In this document: one piece after another, positions 37,671 through 46,814 of the stretch
Layout of the letters: the number at the start of each line of letters is the position of its first letter
Position numbering within the stretch: the stretch's first letter is position 1
NCBI GenBank assembly: GCA_018370025.1
Contig: JAGZBF010000005.1
Coordinates: 22,198-86,197 of the forward strand
Direction of reading: 5' to 3'
Source of the DNA: Collinsella sp.
GTDB lineage: Bacteria; Actinomycetota; Coriobacteriia; Coriobacteriales; Coriobacteriaceae
DNA length: 64,000 bases
Position numbers and translations under genes: made by a program
Notes under the pieces: generated by a model
The model's database searches: none
What the model was told of the DNA's origin: nothing
Seen by the model: the letters and a program-made list of their open reading frames with translations, nothing else

Positions 37671-39449
37671 ATGGACGCCATCGTAAAGATGCTCGAAAAG
37701 CATCAACCGTTCTTTGAGAAGATCTCGAGGAACATCTACCTCCAGGCCATCAAGGACGGATTCCTTGGGTGCATGCCCATCGTCCTTACCTCTTCGATCT
37801 TTCTGCTGATCGCCACGCTTCCCGGCGTAGTCGGCATCACGCTGCCCCAGCCGCTCATCGACTGGTGCAACAAGCTCTACAACTTCACCATGGGCGTCAT
37901 GGGCATCATGGTTGCCGGCACCACCGCCAAGAACTTCACGGCATCCATGAACCGTCGCATGCCCGCCGGCAAAGTGCTCAACGACGGTTCCACCATGGTG
38001 GCCGCCCAGTGCAGCATGCTTTTGCTCGCCGTTACGCAGTTCACCACCAAGTTCGACGGCTCCGAGCTTTCGGTCTTCGATTGCACCAGCATGGGTACGC
38101 GCGGTCTGTTCTCGGCCTATATCGCCGCGTTCATTACCGTGTGGGTTTATAAGTTCTGCGTCTCGCGCGATCTGACCATTAAGCTGCCCAAGGAGGTCCC
38201 GGGCGCCATCGCTCAGAACTTCCGCGACATCATCCCCTTTGGCGGCGCCGTCATCATCTGCGGCATCATCGATGTGGTTGTGCGCAACCTCATGGGCGTT
38301 CCGTTCTCCGAGCTGCTCATCAAGCTGCTCTCCCCGCTCTTTACCGCTGCAGAAACCTATCCTGGCCTTATCCTTATCCAGGCAGCCACCGCGTTCTTCT
38401 GGTTCATCGGCGTCCACGGCCCCTCGATCGTCCAGCCGGGCATCGACCCCATCCGTCTTGCCAACCAGGCCGAGAACCTGCAGGTTCTGCTGGCCGGTGG
38501 CCACCCCGCCCACTCCCTCACCTTTAACATGTCGCTCGTAGGTGAGTTCGGCGGCACCGGCGCCACCTTCATCGTGCCGCTTCTGCTGATTCTCTTTATG
38601 AAGTCCAAGCAGCTCAAAGCCGTCGGTAAGGCCTCGATTGTTCCTGTTGCCTTTGCCGTCAACGAACCGCTGCTCTTTGGCGCGCCGATGATCCTTAACC
38701 CCTACATGCTCATCCCCTTTGTTGCCGCCGGCTGCGTCAACGTGAGCGTTGCCAAGTTCTTTATCGATAACGTAGGCATGAACGGCTTCTCCTTCGTGGT
38801 GCCTTGGGCCACCCCCGCCCCCATCGGCATCTTCATCACCACGAACTTCCAGCTTATCGCCCTGGTATTTGTCGCGATCATCATCTTACTGGACGCCATC
38901 ATCTACCTGCCGTTCTTGAAGGCATACGATAAGCTGCTCTGCGACCAGGAGGCCGAGCGCGCCGCCGAGCTGGGTCTCGAGTCCAATGGTGCCGCTGCCA
39001 TCGCCGCCGACGCCTCTGCGCCCGCTGTCGAGCAGGCCACCGCTTCCGTCGAGACGACCGCCGCTGCCGCCGAAAGCAAGCCTGTCGCCGATCAGCCCGA
39101 GCCTGCCGCCGACGCATCCGCTAAGAAGGATGTCGACGGCCTGAAGGTCCTCGTCCTGTGCGCCGGTGCCGGCACCTCTGCCATGCTTGCCAACGCCATC
39201 AAGGAAGGTGCCGCGCAGACCGGAGAGAACATCGCTTCCTCCGCAGGCGCCTATGGTCAGCACACTGCCATCATGGATCAGTACGACGTTATCGTGCTTG
39301 CCCCGCAGGTTCGTAGCTACTACAACGACATGAAGGCCGACACCGATCGCCTGGGCATTAAACTGCTCGCCCCGCGCGGTAAGGAATATATCGACCTTAC
39401 TCGCGACCCCGCCGGCGCCATTAAGTGGCTCCGCGAGAACCTCGACTAG
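37671..39449 (+). CDS. lacE: PTS lactose-type EIICB, paralog 3
   Basis: YLQAIKDGF, FWFIGVHG and LVLCAGAGTS. Confidence 0.88.
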   Translation: MDAIVKMLEKHQPFFEKISRNIYLQAIKDGFLGCMPIVLTSSIFLLIATLPGVVGITLPQPLIDWCNKLYNFTMGVMGIMVAGTTAKNFTASMNRRMPAGKVLNDGSTMVAAQCSMLLLAVTQFTTKFDGSELSVFDCTSMGTRGLFSAYIAAFITVWVYKFCVSRDLTIKLPKEVPGAIAQNFRDIIPFGGAVIICGIIDVVVRNLMGVPFSELLIKLLSPLFTAAETYPGLILIQAATAFFWFIGVHGPSIVQPGIDPIRLANQAENLQVLLAGGHPAHSLTFNMSLVGEFGGTGATFIVPLLLILFMKSKQLKAVGKASIVPVAFAVNEPLLFGAPMILNPYMLIPFVAAGCVNVSVAKFFIDNVGMNGFSFVVPWATPAPIGIFITTNFQLIALVFVAIIILLDAIIYLPFLKAYDKLLCDQEAERAAELGLESNGAAAIAADASAPAVEQATASVETTAAAAESKPVADQPEPAADASAKKDVDGLKVLVLCAGAGTSAMLANAIKEGAAQTGENIASSAGAYGQHTAIMDQYDVIVLAPQVRSYYNDMKADTDRLGIKLLAPRGKEYIDLTRDPAGAIKWLRENLD

Positions 39450-39525
39450 TTTCCTCCCTCTGTTGGTGCCCGGATCCCCAGTTCGGGCACCTCTCCCTAT
39501 TCGTATCCCACAGAAAGGATGACTC

Positions 39526-40947
39526 ATGACCAACCCCATGCAGTTCCCCGACGGCTTTGTCTTTGGCGGCGCCACCGCTGCTTACCAGGTTGAGGGCGAG
39601 ACCCGTACGCACGGCAAGGGCAAAGTGCCCTGGGACGATTTCCTGGCAGCCCAGGGTCGCTTCTCCCCCGATCCTGCAAGCGACTTCTACAACAAATATC
39701 CGGTCGATATCGATTTGTGCCAGCGCTTTGGCATTAACGGCATTCGCGTCTCCATCGCTTGGAGCCGCATCTTCCCCAGTGGCACCGGCGAGATTAACCC
39801 CGAGGGTGTCGCTTTCTATCACGAGCTTTTCGCCACCTGCAACAAAGCTGGCGTTATCCCCTATGTCACGCTCGATCACTTCGATACGCCCGAGGCCTTT
39901 TACCAGAACGGCGGCGAGGGTTTCCTGACGCGCGCGACGATCGACGCCTTCGTCGAGTACGCCAAGTTCTGCTTTGCCGAGTTCACCGAGGTCAAGCACT
40001 GGTTCACGTTTAACGAGATTCCCGCAACCGCCGAGGGCAGCTTTATCGTCGGCAACTGGCCGCACGGCGAGAAGTACCGCCTGGACAAGGCCTTCCAGCT
40101 CATGCACAACATGATGGTGGCCCACGCCAAGGCTGTCGTCGCCTTCCATGAGGGCGGCTTTGAGGGCGAGATCGGCATTGTCCAGAACCTGGAGCCCAAG
40201 TATCCCCTCGACCCCAACAACGCCGCCGACTGCGAGGCAGCTCGCATGGCCGACGTCATCAACAACCGCTGGGTACTCGACGCCACCTTCCGCGGCCACT
40301 ATGCAGCCGACACCATGGAGGCTGCGACCAAGCTGGCCCATATCGCCGGCGGCGAGCTCGACGTCCGCGACGAGGACATCGCCGCGCTGACCGCCGCGCT
40401 CCCCTACAACGATTGCCTGGGCGTCAACACCTACAAGTGCCAGTTCCTGCGTGCCGCCGAGGGCGAAAACGACATCAACCACAATGGCACCGGCGACAAG
40501 GGCTCCTCGCGCTGGTTCCTCAAGGGCGTGGGCGAGTCATGCGTGCGCGAAGGCGTACCCACCACCGATTGGGACTGGATCATCTATCCCGAGGGCCTCT
40601 ACGACCTGCTGCTGCGCATTAAGAACGATTACCCCAACTACAAGAAGATCTACATCACCGAGAACGGCATGGGCTATAAGGACGACTTCGAGGATGGCTT
40701 TATCGACGACGCCCCTCGCATCGACTACATGCGTCAACATCTCGCATGGATCCTCAAGGCAATCGACGGCGGCGTAAACGTCGACGGCTACTTTGTGTGG
40801 TCGCTGCAGGACCAGTTCTCCTGGACCAACGGCTATAACAAACGTTACGGCCTGTTCTACATCGACTTTGAGACCCAGAAGCGCTATCCCAAGGCGAGCG
40901 CGTACTGGTACAAGAACGTCGCGGAGACCGGCCTGCTCATGGCCTAG
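39526..40947 (+). CDS. lacG: 6-phospho-beta-galactosidase (GH1), paralog 3
   Basis: GGATAAYQVEG, TFNE and ITENG. Confidence 0.88.
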   Translation: MTNPMQFPDGFVFGGATAAYQVEGETRTHGKGKVPWDDFLAAQGRFSPDPASDFYNKYPVDIDLCQRFGINGIRVSIAWSRIFPSGTGEINPEGVAFYHELFATCNKAGVIPYVTLDHFDTPEAFYQNGGEGFLTRATIDAFVEYAKFCFAEFTEVKHWFTFNEIPATAEGSFIVGNWPHGEKYRLDKAFQLMHNMMVAHAKAVVAFHEGGFEGEIGIVQNLEPKYPLDPNNAADCEAARMADVINNRWVLDATFRGHYAADTMEAATKLAHIAGGELDVRDEDIAALTAALPYNDCLGVNTYKCQFLRAAEGENDINHNGTGDKGSSRWFLKGVGESCVREGVPTTDWDWIIYPEGLYDLLLRIKNDYPNYKKIYITENGMGYKDDFEDGFIDDAPRIDYMRQHLAWILKAIDGGVNVDGYFVWSLQDQFSWTNGYNKRYGLFYIDFETQKRYPKASAYWYKNVAETGLLMA

Positions 40948-41031
40948 TTTCCGCCGCATACCCCTGTCGGCCGCATGCGAATCCCTCCACGGGTTCGCAT
41001 GCGGCCTTTTTGTTTTCGCGCGGGTCGGCAG

Positions 41032-41173
41032 CCGTTTGTCTAAATCTGTAACATCAAGTCGAGTTTTTTGCCTCTACCTGTTACAAATCAAGACAAACGG
41101 GAATCACTCTGCCGAAACGTCTCAATCTGTAACAGATATCTGCTCAAATCGAGTCTAGGTGTTACAGATTGAG
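41032..41173. repeat. Repeat family B doublet whose last arm is cut short at the island's left edge
   Basis: Ends GTTACAGATTGAG then TTTTTG, without the usual AC(A/G)AAC tail. Confidence 0.8.
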
Positions 41174-41505
41174 TTTTTGATTTGGGAGGTTGAGGATGGG
41201 GGATCGCGTGCCGAAAGCATGGTCCCCGGATAAAAAAGCTCGCCGGCCAGGCCGAAGACATGGCCCACATCAAGGCAGACCTTTGCCCCTGCTCGCCCGA
41301 GCAAAAAGTCATGCCCCTCGATGCGCTCTGCCAGTCCGGCACCGAGACCCCGCAATGGCGGTGGGATGTGCTGGTCGGAGAGGGCGACCCGCTCTACTGC
41401 AAGTCCCGAGAGATCTAAGTATCCGCTGCAAGGTATAAGAACGAATTGGAGCCCTGGTACATACCGGGGCTCCTCGTGGTAGTGGCTGTCTAATGAATCT
41501 GGTGG

Positions 41506-41850
41506 CTAGGCCTCTTCGCCGCCACTGGATTCAGTTACCGTTTCCTCCTCACTATGTTGCGTCTCTCTCGTAGCCTCATCAACTTCTGTTGACGAATGTG
41601 CCTCTTCGTATACTTCGATGTTCGCCTTGAGCATGGTTGCACTCTGTTCAGCAAGAGCGATCTTCCTCTGGTGCTTGTCGTAGGCATACAGTCCGATTCC
41701 ACCTGCGACTAGCGTGGCTACAGAACCGATTACTCCACCCTGGATTCTTCCAACGGAAATCCCGCCCGCTCTGATATTGCTGATCAGCGCCTGAGGCCCA
41801 CCGAGCTCTTTCGCCAGATGCGACAATTGCGCATAGTCCCAAGTCGTCAT
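41506..41850 (-). CDS. Hypothetical single-TM protein
   Basis: GGVIGSVATLVAGGIGLYAY helix and acidic tail; start probably MTTWDY. Confidence 0.6.
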   Translation of the reverse strand: MTTWDYAQLSHLAKELGGPQALISNIRAGGISVGRIQGGVIGSVATLVAGGIGLYAYDKHQRKIALAEQSATMLKANIEVYEEAHSSTEVDEATRETQHSEEETVTESSGGEEA

Positions 41851-41980
41851 TGCCTTTTCCTCACTTTCTTTCACTTCAGCACCGCTTCCACTGGGGTGCT
41901 CACTTTCGACAGTGCTATCATGCCATCGGTAAATAAGACGGTATATGTCCTATAATTGTCTTATCTGTTGTTAATGAGGA

Positions 41981-42892
41981 ATGATTAAGACAATGTACGT
42001 CCGCAAAGATCGCCCTAAGGACATTTTTCCAAAGAGACTCAGCGGTTTGATGGAAAGCTATGAAATAGAAAAGGGGCGCAGAGGCATTAGCAATATCGGC
42101 CTTGCGCGTCTGCTCTATCAAAAGCGTAACGGTGCCGATGATGCCTCGCTAGCCGATGACCGCTATGCAGTGGAAAGGGAGAACGGCCGCAAGGCGATTG
42201 CGAGAAAGATCAGCCGATTTCGAAAAGGAGATCAGTTTCCTCAATGGGATGACCTCGTAGATCTGGCTGACATATTCGGAAAGCCAGTAGGTTTTCTCAT
42301 CGGGGAGACCGATTGTGATACGTACGAGCTCCAAGATATTGCTGACTTCCTTGGTCTCAGCGGCGAGGCTGTTCTGTCCATCGAGCGTATGACGAGAAAA
42401 GTTAGTGCGGAGTGGCTTCCGGAACAGTCTGGCGGCAACGGCGGAGACCATGAGGAATGGGAAAAATACCTCGTGAATGATATGGTCGCGAAGGCGAATG
42501 CCGAGCCAGAAGCTTGCAGGGCAGTGCTCAATCGAATGCTGACCGCAGCAGCGTTTAAAGACCTTGTGCTCTGCCTGTCTGAGGTCGGCGATGCCCAATA
42601 CAATCTGCTTATGGAACGCATTGCAAGTGCGGAAATAGAACTGAGAGACGCAGACGTACTCAGTGACAACCACCCAGACTCCATCATGGGGCAAATGGCG
42701 GCAAAATCCCGATTCAGGGATGCTGCAACACGCCTGCAGGAAGCGGAAAATGCGGTGAGGTCCAGCAGGTATGCAGCTTATGAATGCCATGTCCGCATCG
42801 TTGATGAAATGTTCTCGGATATTACCCAGACTGACGCAAATACCGTAGCCAAAGAGCATGTCAAGCAGAGACAGTCAGGTAACCAGGCGTAG
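41981..42892 (+). CDS. XRE-like HTH protein with an uncharacterised C-terminal domain
   Basis: ISRFRKGDQFPQWDDLVDLADIFGKPVGFLIGETD resembles the end of an XRE HTH; GAGGA RBS. Confidence 0.65.
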   Translation: MIKTMYVRKDRPKDIFPKRLSGLMESYEIEKGRRGISNIGLARLLYQKRNGADDASLADDRYAVERENGRKAIARKISRFRKGDQFPQWDDLVDLADIFGKPVGFLIGETDCDTYELQDIADFLGLSGEAVLSIERMTRKVSAEWLPEQSGGNGGDHEEWEKYLVNDMVAKANAEPEACRAVLNRMLTAAAFKDLVLCLSEVGDAQYNLLMERIASAEIELRDADVLSDNHPDSIMGQMAAKSRFRDAATRLQEAENAVRSSRYAAYECHVRIVDEMFSDITQTDANTVAKEHVKQRQSGNQA

Positions 42893-43280
42893 CCGTCGTA
42901 TCGATACGGAAGTGGGTATAAACCGTCCTGCTGCTTGCATACGTGGTTCCGTTGCCGCCCGTCAGCTTGTAGCAGTTATAGAAGCACTGCGAGTCCGAAA
43001 CCCCGCTCGAAGGCAGCGCCCAGGTGGCGTCGGCGTAGATCGTCACCAGCGACGAGCACCCCGAGAAGCAGTAGGTCAGGTCGGTGAGCGCAGACGGGTC
43101 GAAGCCTCGGAAGTCCAGCTCGGCGGGCGACGAGCGCGAAGCGAACGCGAACCGCACGACTTGACACCTGCGAGGTTGCCCAAACCGGAGACCACCTCCA
43201 GCGCCGTGCATGAGTAGAAGAGGTGGGTCAGGTTCATGGTTGCGAACGTCGCCATGTCTGCCGCGAAGGCGATGCGCTCA
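42861..43280 (-). pseudogene. Frameshifted 3' fragment of a BspA-like leucine-rich-repeat protein
   Basis: FYSCTALEVVSGLGNLAGVKS in one frame and LDFRGFDPSALTDLTYCFSGCSSLVTIY...GGNGT...RIDT...PGYLT in another. Confidence 0.6.
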
Positions 43281-43527
43281 TCGGCCGCCTGGCCTTCACC
43301 TGCTGGATTTCGTCGCGCAGGGCGTCCGCCACCTCGGCGCTCTTGGCAGCCTCGGCCACTTGCCCCTCAAGCTCCTTGATGCGAGCCTCCTGCTTGGCGA
43401 GAAGCGCCTGGTAGCCCCTCTCCGAGTCCACTGCCTGCGGCTCTTCCGCCTGCGCGACCCCTTCTTGGCCGCCCGCCTGCGCTGCGACCTCTTCCTCGTC
43501 GTCGATGCTATGGTCGTCTCCGTCCAT
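43234..43527 (-). pseudogene. 5' fragment of an acidic coiled-coil protein (phage scaffold-like)
   Basis: Acidic N-terminus, then LLAKQEARIKELEGQVAEAAK; frameshifts and runs into the LRR fragment. Confidence 0.45.
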
Positions 43528-43726
43528 GTCGGCCTGCCTTTCGATTGACATAGGCCAGCACAAACGAACCGTCCCTTAACCATGCAAATAGGCTAAAGGT
43601 CGGTCACAAAGTGAGGTCATCCAGTCCGTTCGGCAGTTTGTGACCATTAGCAAGAATTAGAGGCAACGCAACGAGCGAACGCTCGATAATGGTCTAGAAT
43701 ATTGGACTTGACATTTGGGAGGCAAG

Positions 43727-43924
43727 ATGGAGACTGTGAACCTTATCCTTGGAATTATCGCGTCTATCGCATCCATCGCCGCCGCCGTCATCTCGCTCCA
43801 AAACAAGCAAGAGATCAAGTCAATCAAAAAGAGTCTAAGCGACAACTCGCAGACCGCTACAGGTAAAGTTGCCACAAACGTCGTAGGCAGCAACAACTCG
43901 GCGAACATCCATGCTTCGCGATAA
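43727..43924 (+). CDS. 65-aa membrane protein with a C-terminal N/S/T/G-rich motif; candidate effector of the downstream defence operon
   Basis: GGAGG RBS and ATG at 43727; TM helix LILGIIASIASIAAAVISL; tail SQTATGKVATNVVGSNNS; overlaps the next gene by 14 nt. Confidence 0.75.
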   Translation: METVNLILGIIASIASIAAAVISLQNKQEIKSIKKSLSDNSQTATGKVATNVVGSNNSANIHASR

Positions 43925-44516
43925 GCCAACGCAGACAAGCCAGAGCGCAATTGGAAAGGTCGCCACGAACATAACCGGCGACTCCAATAGCTATGACTCA
44001 CATGACATAAACATCTACCAGCCCGTCTCGTCTGGCCCGCACCGGCCGCTTACAAAGACGCTCATGTATAAACTCCTGCAAATCATGATTTCGTCGACTG
44101 AGCCAACGGGCGAAGATTTCCCCCTTACGCCTCCGCCTCCTATAGAGAAGAAGCTGATTTACAACCACGCACCGCGTTACCTAAACATCATCAACGAGTA
44201 TTCTGAGAACTACGCTCGTCTCGACAGCGTGATCAAGGAATTCCCCGACAGCGAAGCCATCATCCAAAGGCTGAACAAGATGTTTGTCAATGTGGCAGAC
44301 GTTCGCGATGACGGCAAGCCGTGCGTAGGAAACGGCGATGCACAGCTCAAGCTCATCGAGAACGAGATCTATAACATGATTGTGAATGACGCAAGCTTTC
44401 AGGCTGACGAGGTCCCCGAAGAAATCATCAACCAGTTCTGCGTTGCGTTGATTGCCGTTGCCGTGGCAAAATGCAGAGTCCTTCTGAGGCCAGGTGATGA
44501 CGATGCTGCTGCTTGA
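43911..44516 (+). CDS. ABC-three-component / Lamassu LmuA-like protein (C-terminal domain only, with an N-terminal shared motif)
   Basis: IEKKLIYN..YLNIINEY and the terminal LIAVAVAKCRVLLRP resemble ABC-3C effector C-terminal domains; located upstream of the middle component and ATPase. Confidence 0.7.
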   Translation: MLRDKPTQTSQSAIGKVATNITGDSNSYDSHDINIYQPVSSGPHRPLTKTLMYKLLQIMISSTEPTGEDFPLTPPPPIEKKLIYNHAPRYLNIINEYSENYARLDSVIKEFPDSEAIIQRLNKMFVNVADVRDDGKPCVGNGDAQLKLIENEIYNMIVNDASFQADEVPEEIINQFCVALIAVAVAKCRVLLRPGDDDAAA

Positions 44517-44748
44517 TCGCAATAATGAGCCGACGAGCACGGTCTATTACATCGCTGCCGCCTTGGATGGCTACATCGACCAGAACCCAGGCTTGGACGC
44601 CGGTCAACTCTATGAGGTAACGGCGAACACTCTGGTCAAGAAAGAAGTGAGCTACGACTTCTTTGTCATGGCTTTGGACTTTCTCTTCCTCCTCGGACGC
44701 GTGTCAATAGACGAGAAGGGAGGGCTACATGTTCATCAAGTCGCTTAG
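44503..44748 (+). CDS. ABC-three-component middle component (LmuC-like)
   Basis: About 80 aa with P.STVYYIAA and FVMALDFLFLLG; overlaps both neighbours. Confidence 0.72.
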   Translation: MLLLDRNNEPTSTVYYIAAALDGYIDQNPGLDAGQLYEVTANTLVKKEVSYDFFVMALDFLFLLGRVSIDEKGGLHVHQVA

Positions 44749-46453
44749 AATTCGCAAGACAACAACTGACGAAATAGTTCGCGAGGTCTTATTCCACAAG
44801 GGTGCCAACCTCATCGTCGATACCGAGGACTCCGAATCGCACAATCGCGTTGGAAAAACAACCTTCCTCAAGCTCATTGATATCGCAATGGGCGCCAAGG
44901 ACAGGAAGCTCATTTACACAGACGCCGACACGGGCACGGTGACCGAGGAGCTACGCGATTTCATCGTCACAAACAAGATCGCCGTCGACATGACACTGAC
45001 ATCGGATTTTCCCGATGGCGATGACGTGATTCTCACAATCGACCTCTTCCCGAATGGAAGGTACTACATAGACGGCGAAAAGATGGGGCAGAAAGCTTAC
45101 CAGCAACGACTCAATGTCTTGCTTTTCGGGAACGAAGCGAATGTGCCCACGTTTCGCCAATTGATCAATTCATTTGTCCGCGTGTCCGTAGGCGGGGATG
45201 ATAATTCCTTCCTCAAAACCGTTCCCAGCGGCAGCACATCCATCTACCGGAGTGTCTACAACGCTCTGTTCGGCATCTCAGATCCGGCGCTCGACAAAAA
45301 GCGTGACGACCTCAACAAGGACTTGAACAAGACGCGTGAGTCCATCAAACGCTATAAGAAAGTCCAGAACGTCGATACGGTCAGCGAGCAGCAGCAGATA
45401 CTTGCAGGGCTCGAAGCCGAGCATGAAGAAGTCCAGTGCAAGCTCAACAGCATCATCGACGCCGATGTCTACAGGGCCAACCGCGATGAAATCGCGGCTA
45501 CACGCACCCGATACGCATCTCTGACACTGCAACTCTCAGACATAGACTACAGGCTGCAACGAAATGAAGAGGCCCTGCAGACTGCTATGCAAGAGCGCGG
45601 TAGACAAGCCGACGTTAATTTGAGCAGACGGTTTTTCGAGGAAGTCTGTTCGATGATCCCGATGGTGAATGCATCTTTCGAAGAGATGGTCGCATTCAAC
45701 AACCAGCTCTGCGACAACAAGATTGCCTATTTCGCGAGTGTGGCAGAAAAACTGAAGGCCGAGCGTGCATCTGTGCAACGTGAAATCAGCCAACTGTCAT
45801 CGCAGAACAGCCAATTCATGTCATTGGTGGAGCAAGACCTCATCGATGAGTACGAGTCGCTTCAGGCACGCCTAGTTGAGCTTTCGAGCAGTATCGGCAA
45901 ATGCCGAGAAGTAATAGATACGCTCAACAGCTTTGAGGTAGAACAGACCAGCATTGAGGGAAAAATCGCATCGCTTGGCTCGTCTGATGATGGCGACGAG
46001 CCGCAATCCAACGATTTTGCTGCAATGATGCTTGCGTTTAACGCATTCTTCACTCCGCTTGCCAGGGAGTTCAACAACGAATCGCCGCTGCTCGTTTACT
46101 ATGAAGAGTCGAACAAGTTCCCCGTTGCAATACGTGATACCGCTGGCTCCAGCACGGGCACACGCAAGTCACTCATCGCCGCATTTGATTTAGCGTATCA
46201 GCAGTTTGCAGAATCAAAGGGCATCAAGACTCCGCGCTTCATAGTGCATGACGTCCTTGAAAACATCGAGGGTAAGGTGTTGCGTGACATAATCGCACGC
46301 GCCAGCACAATCAACTGCCAGTACATAGTCGCAGTCCTTAAGGAGAAGCTCGATTCGTCGCTGATACCAGCCGAGGAGCAGGGTAAACTGCAAATCCTGC
46401 AGCTTTCGATTGACGATATGCTTTTCACGCGTGGCAAAGGTGTTGCGTCGTAG
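44729..46453 (+). CDS. SMC/Rad50-like ABC ATPase, DUF2326-type (short LmuB-like)
   Basis: FHKGANLIV..HNRVGKTT Walker A, central coiled coil, GSSTGTRK signature and FIVHD Walker B. Confidence 0.82.
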   Translation: MFIKSLRIRKTTTDEIVREVLFHKGANLIVDTEDSESHNRVGKTTFLKLIDIAMGAKDRKLIYTDADTGTVTEELRDFIVTNKIAVDMTLTSDFPDGDDVILTIDLFPNGRYYIDGEKMGQKAYQQRLNVLLFGNEANVPTFRQLINSFVRVSVGGDDNSFLKTVPSGSTSIYRSVYNALFGISDPALDKKRDDLNKDLNKTRESIKRYKKVQNVDTVSEQQQILAGLEAEHEEVQCKLNSIIDADVYRANRDEIAATRTRYASLTLQLSDIDYRLQRNEEALQTAMQERGRQADVNLSRRFFEEVCSMIPMVNASFEEMVAFNNQLCDNKIAYFASVAEKLKAERASVQREISQLSSQNSQFMSLVEQDLIDEYESLQARLVELSSSIGKCREVIDTLNSFEVEQTSIEGKIASLGSSDDGDEPQSNDFAAMMLAFNAFFTPLAREFNNESPLLVYYEESNKFPVAIRDTAGSSTGTRKSLIAAFDLAYQQFAESKGIKTPRFIVHDVLENIEGKVLRDIIARASTINCQYIVAVLKEKLDSSLIPAEEQGKLQILQLSIDDMLFTRGKGVAS

Positions 46454-46470
46454 GAGTGACCTGTACTCTC

Positions 46471-46776
46471 CTACTCCCGTATCCCCACCGAGAACTCCCC
46501 GCCGAAGTTGTTCACCTCGAACCGCTCGTCAGCCACAAGTCCCTCCTTGCTCACACGGCACGCGAACGGAAACAACTCGGCCACGTCCTGCAGTTCCAGG
46601 AACGTCCGGTAACTCGACCGGTTTACCAGCATGTCGGCAAAGACCAAAAACCGCGTAAGCTCGTCATTCAGTTCGATGGGCTCTGCAATCACGTAGTGCC
46701 CCCGCCTCACGCGCCGGACAACGCCGAACTGATTGAGCGATGCCACAATCTTTTCGGAGCCCTTCAGGATGGTCAT
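46471..46776 (-). pseudogene. Hypothetical ORF, probably a 3' gene remnant
   Basis: No clear RBS; protein-like composition (KIVASLNQFGVV...GHY). Confidence 0.35.
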
Positions 46777-46814
46777 GCGCTTGCGCGCCGCCTCAACGCT
46801 CTTATTGTCCCGGC

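Noticed and set aside
31216..41173. Family B repeats as CRISPR arrays
   Set aside because: Only two hairpins per locus, arms alternate in orientation, the intervening sequences resemble each other, and no cas genes are present.
41230..41420. Short open frame (MAHIKADL...KSREI) at the island's left edge as an integrase remnant
   Set aside because: No tyrosine or serine recombinase motif is visible, so it cannot be assigned.
42149..42859. 236-aa minus-strand ORF in the island
   Set aside because: Antisense to the XRE-like gene, which has an RBS and a recognisable motif.
44729..46453. ATPase as housekeeping SMC/RecN/SbcC or Wadjet JetC
   Set aside because: It is short, lacks SbcD and JetABD neighbours, and its Walker motifs and small upstream partners fit an ABC-three-component system.
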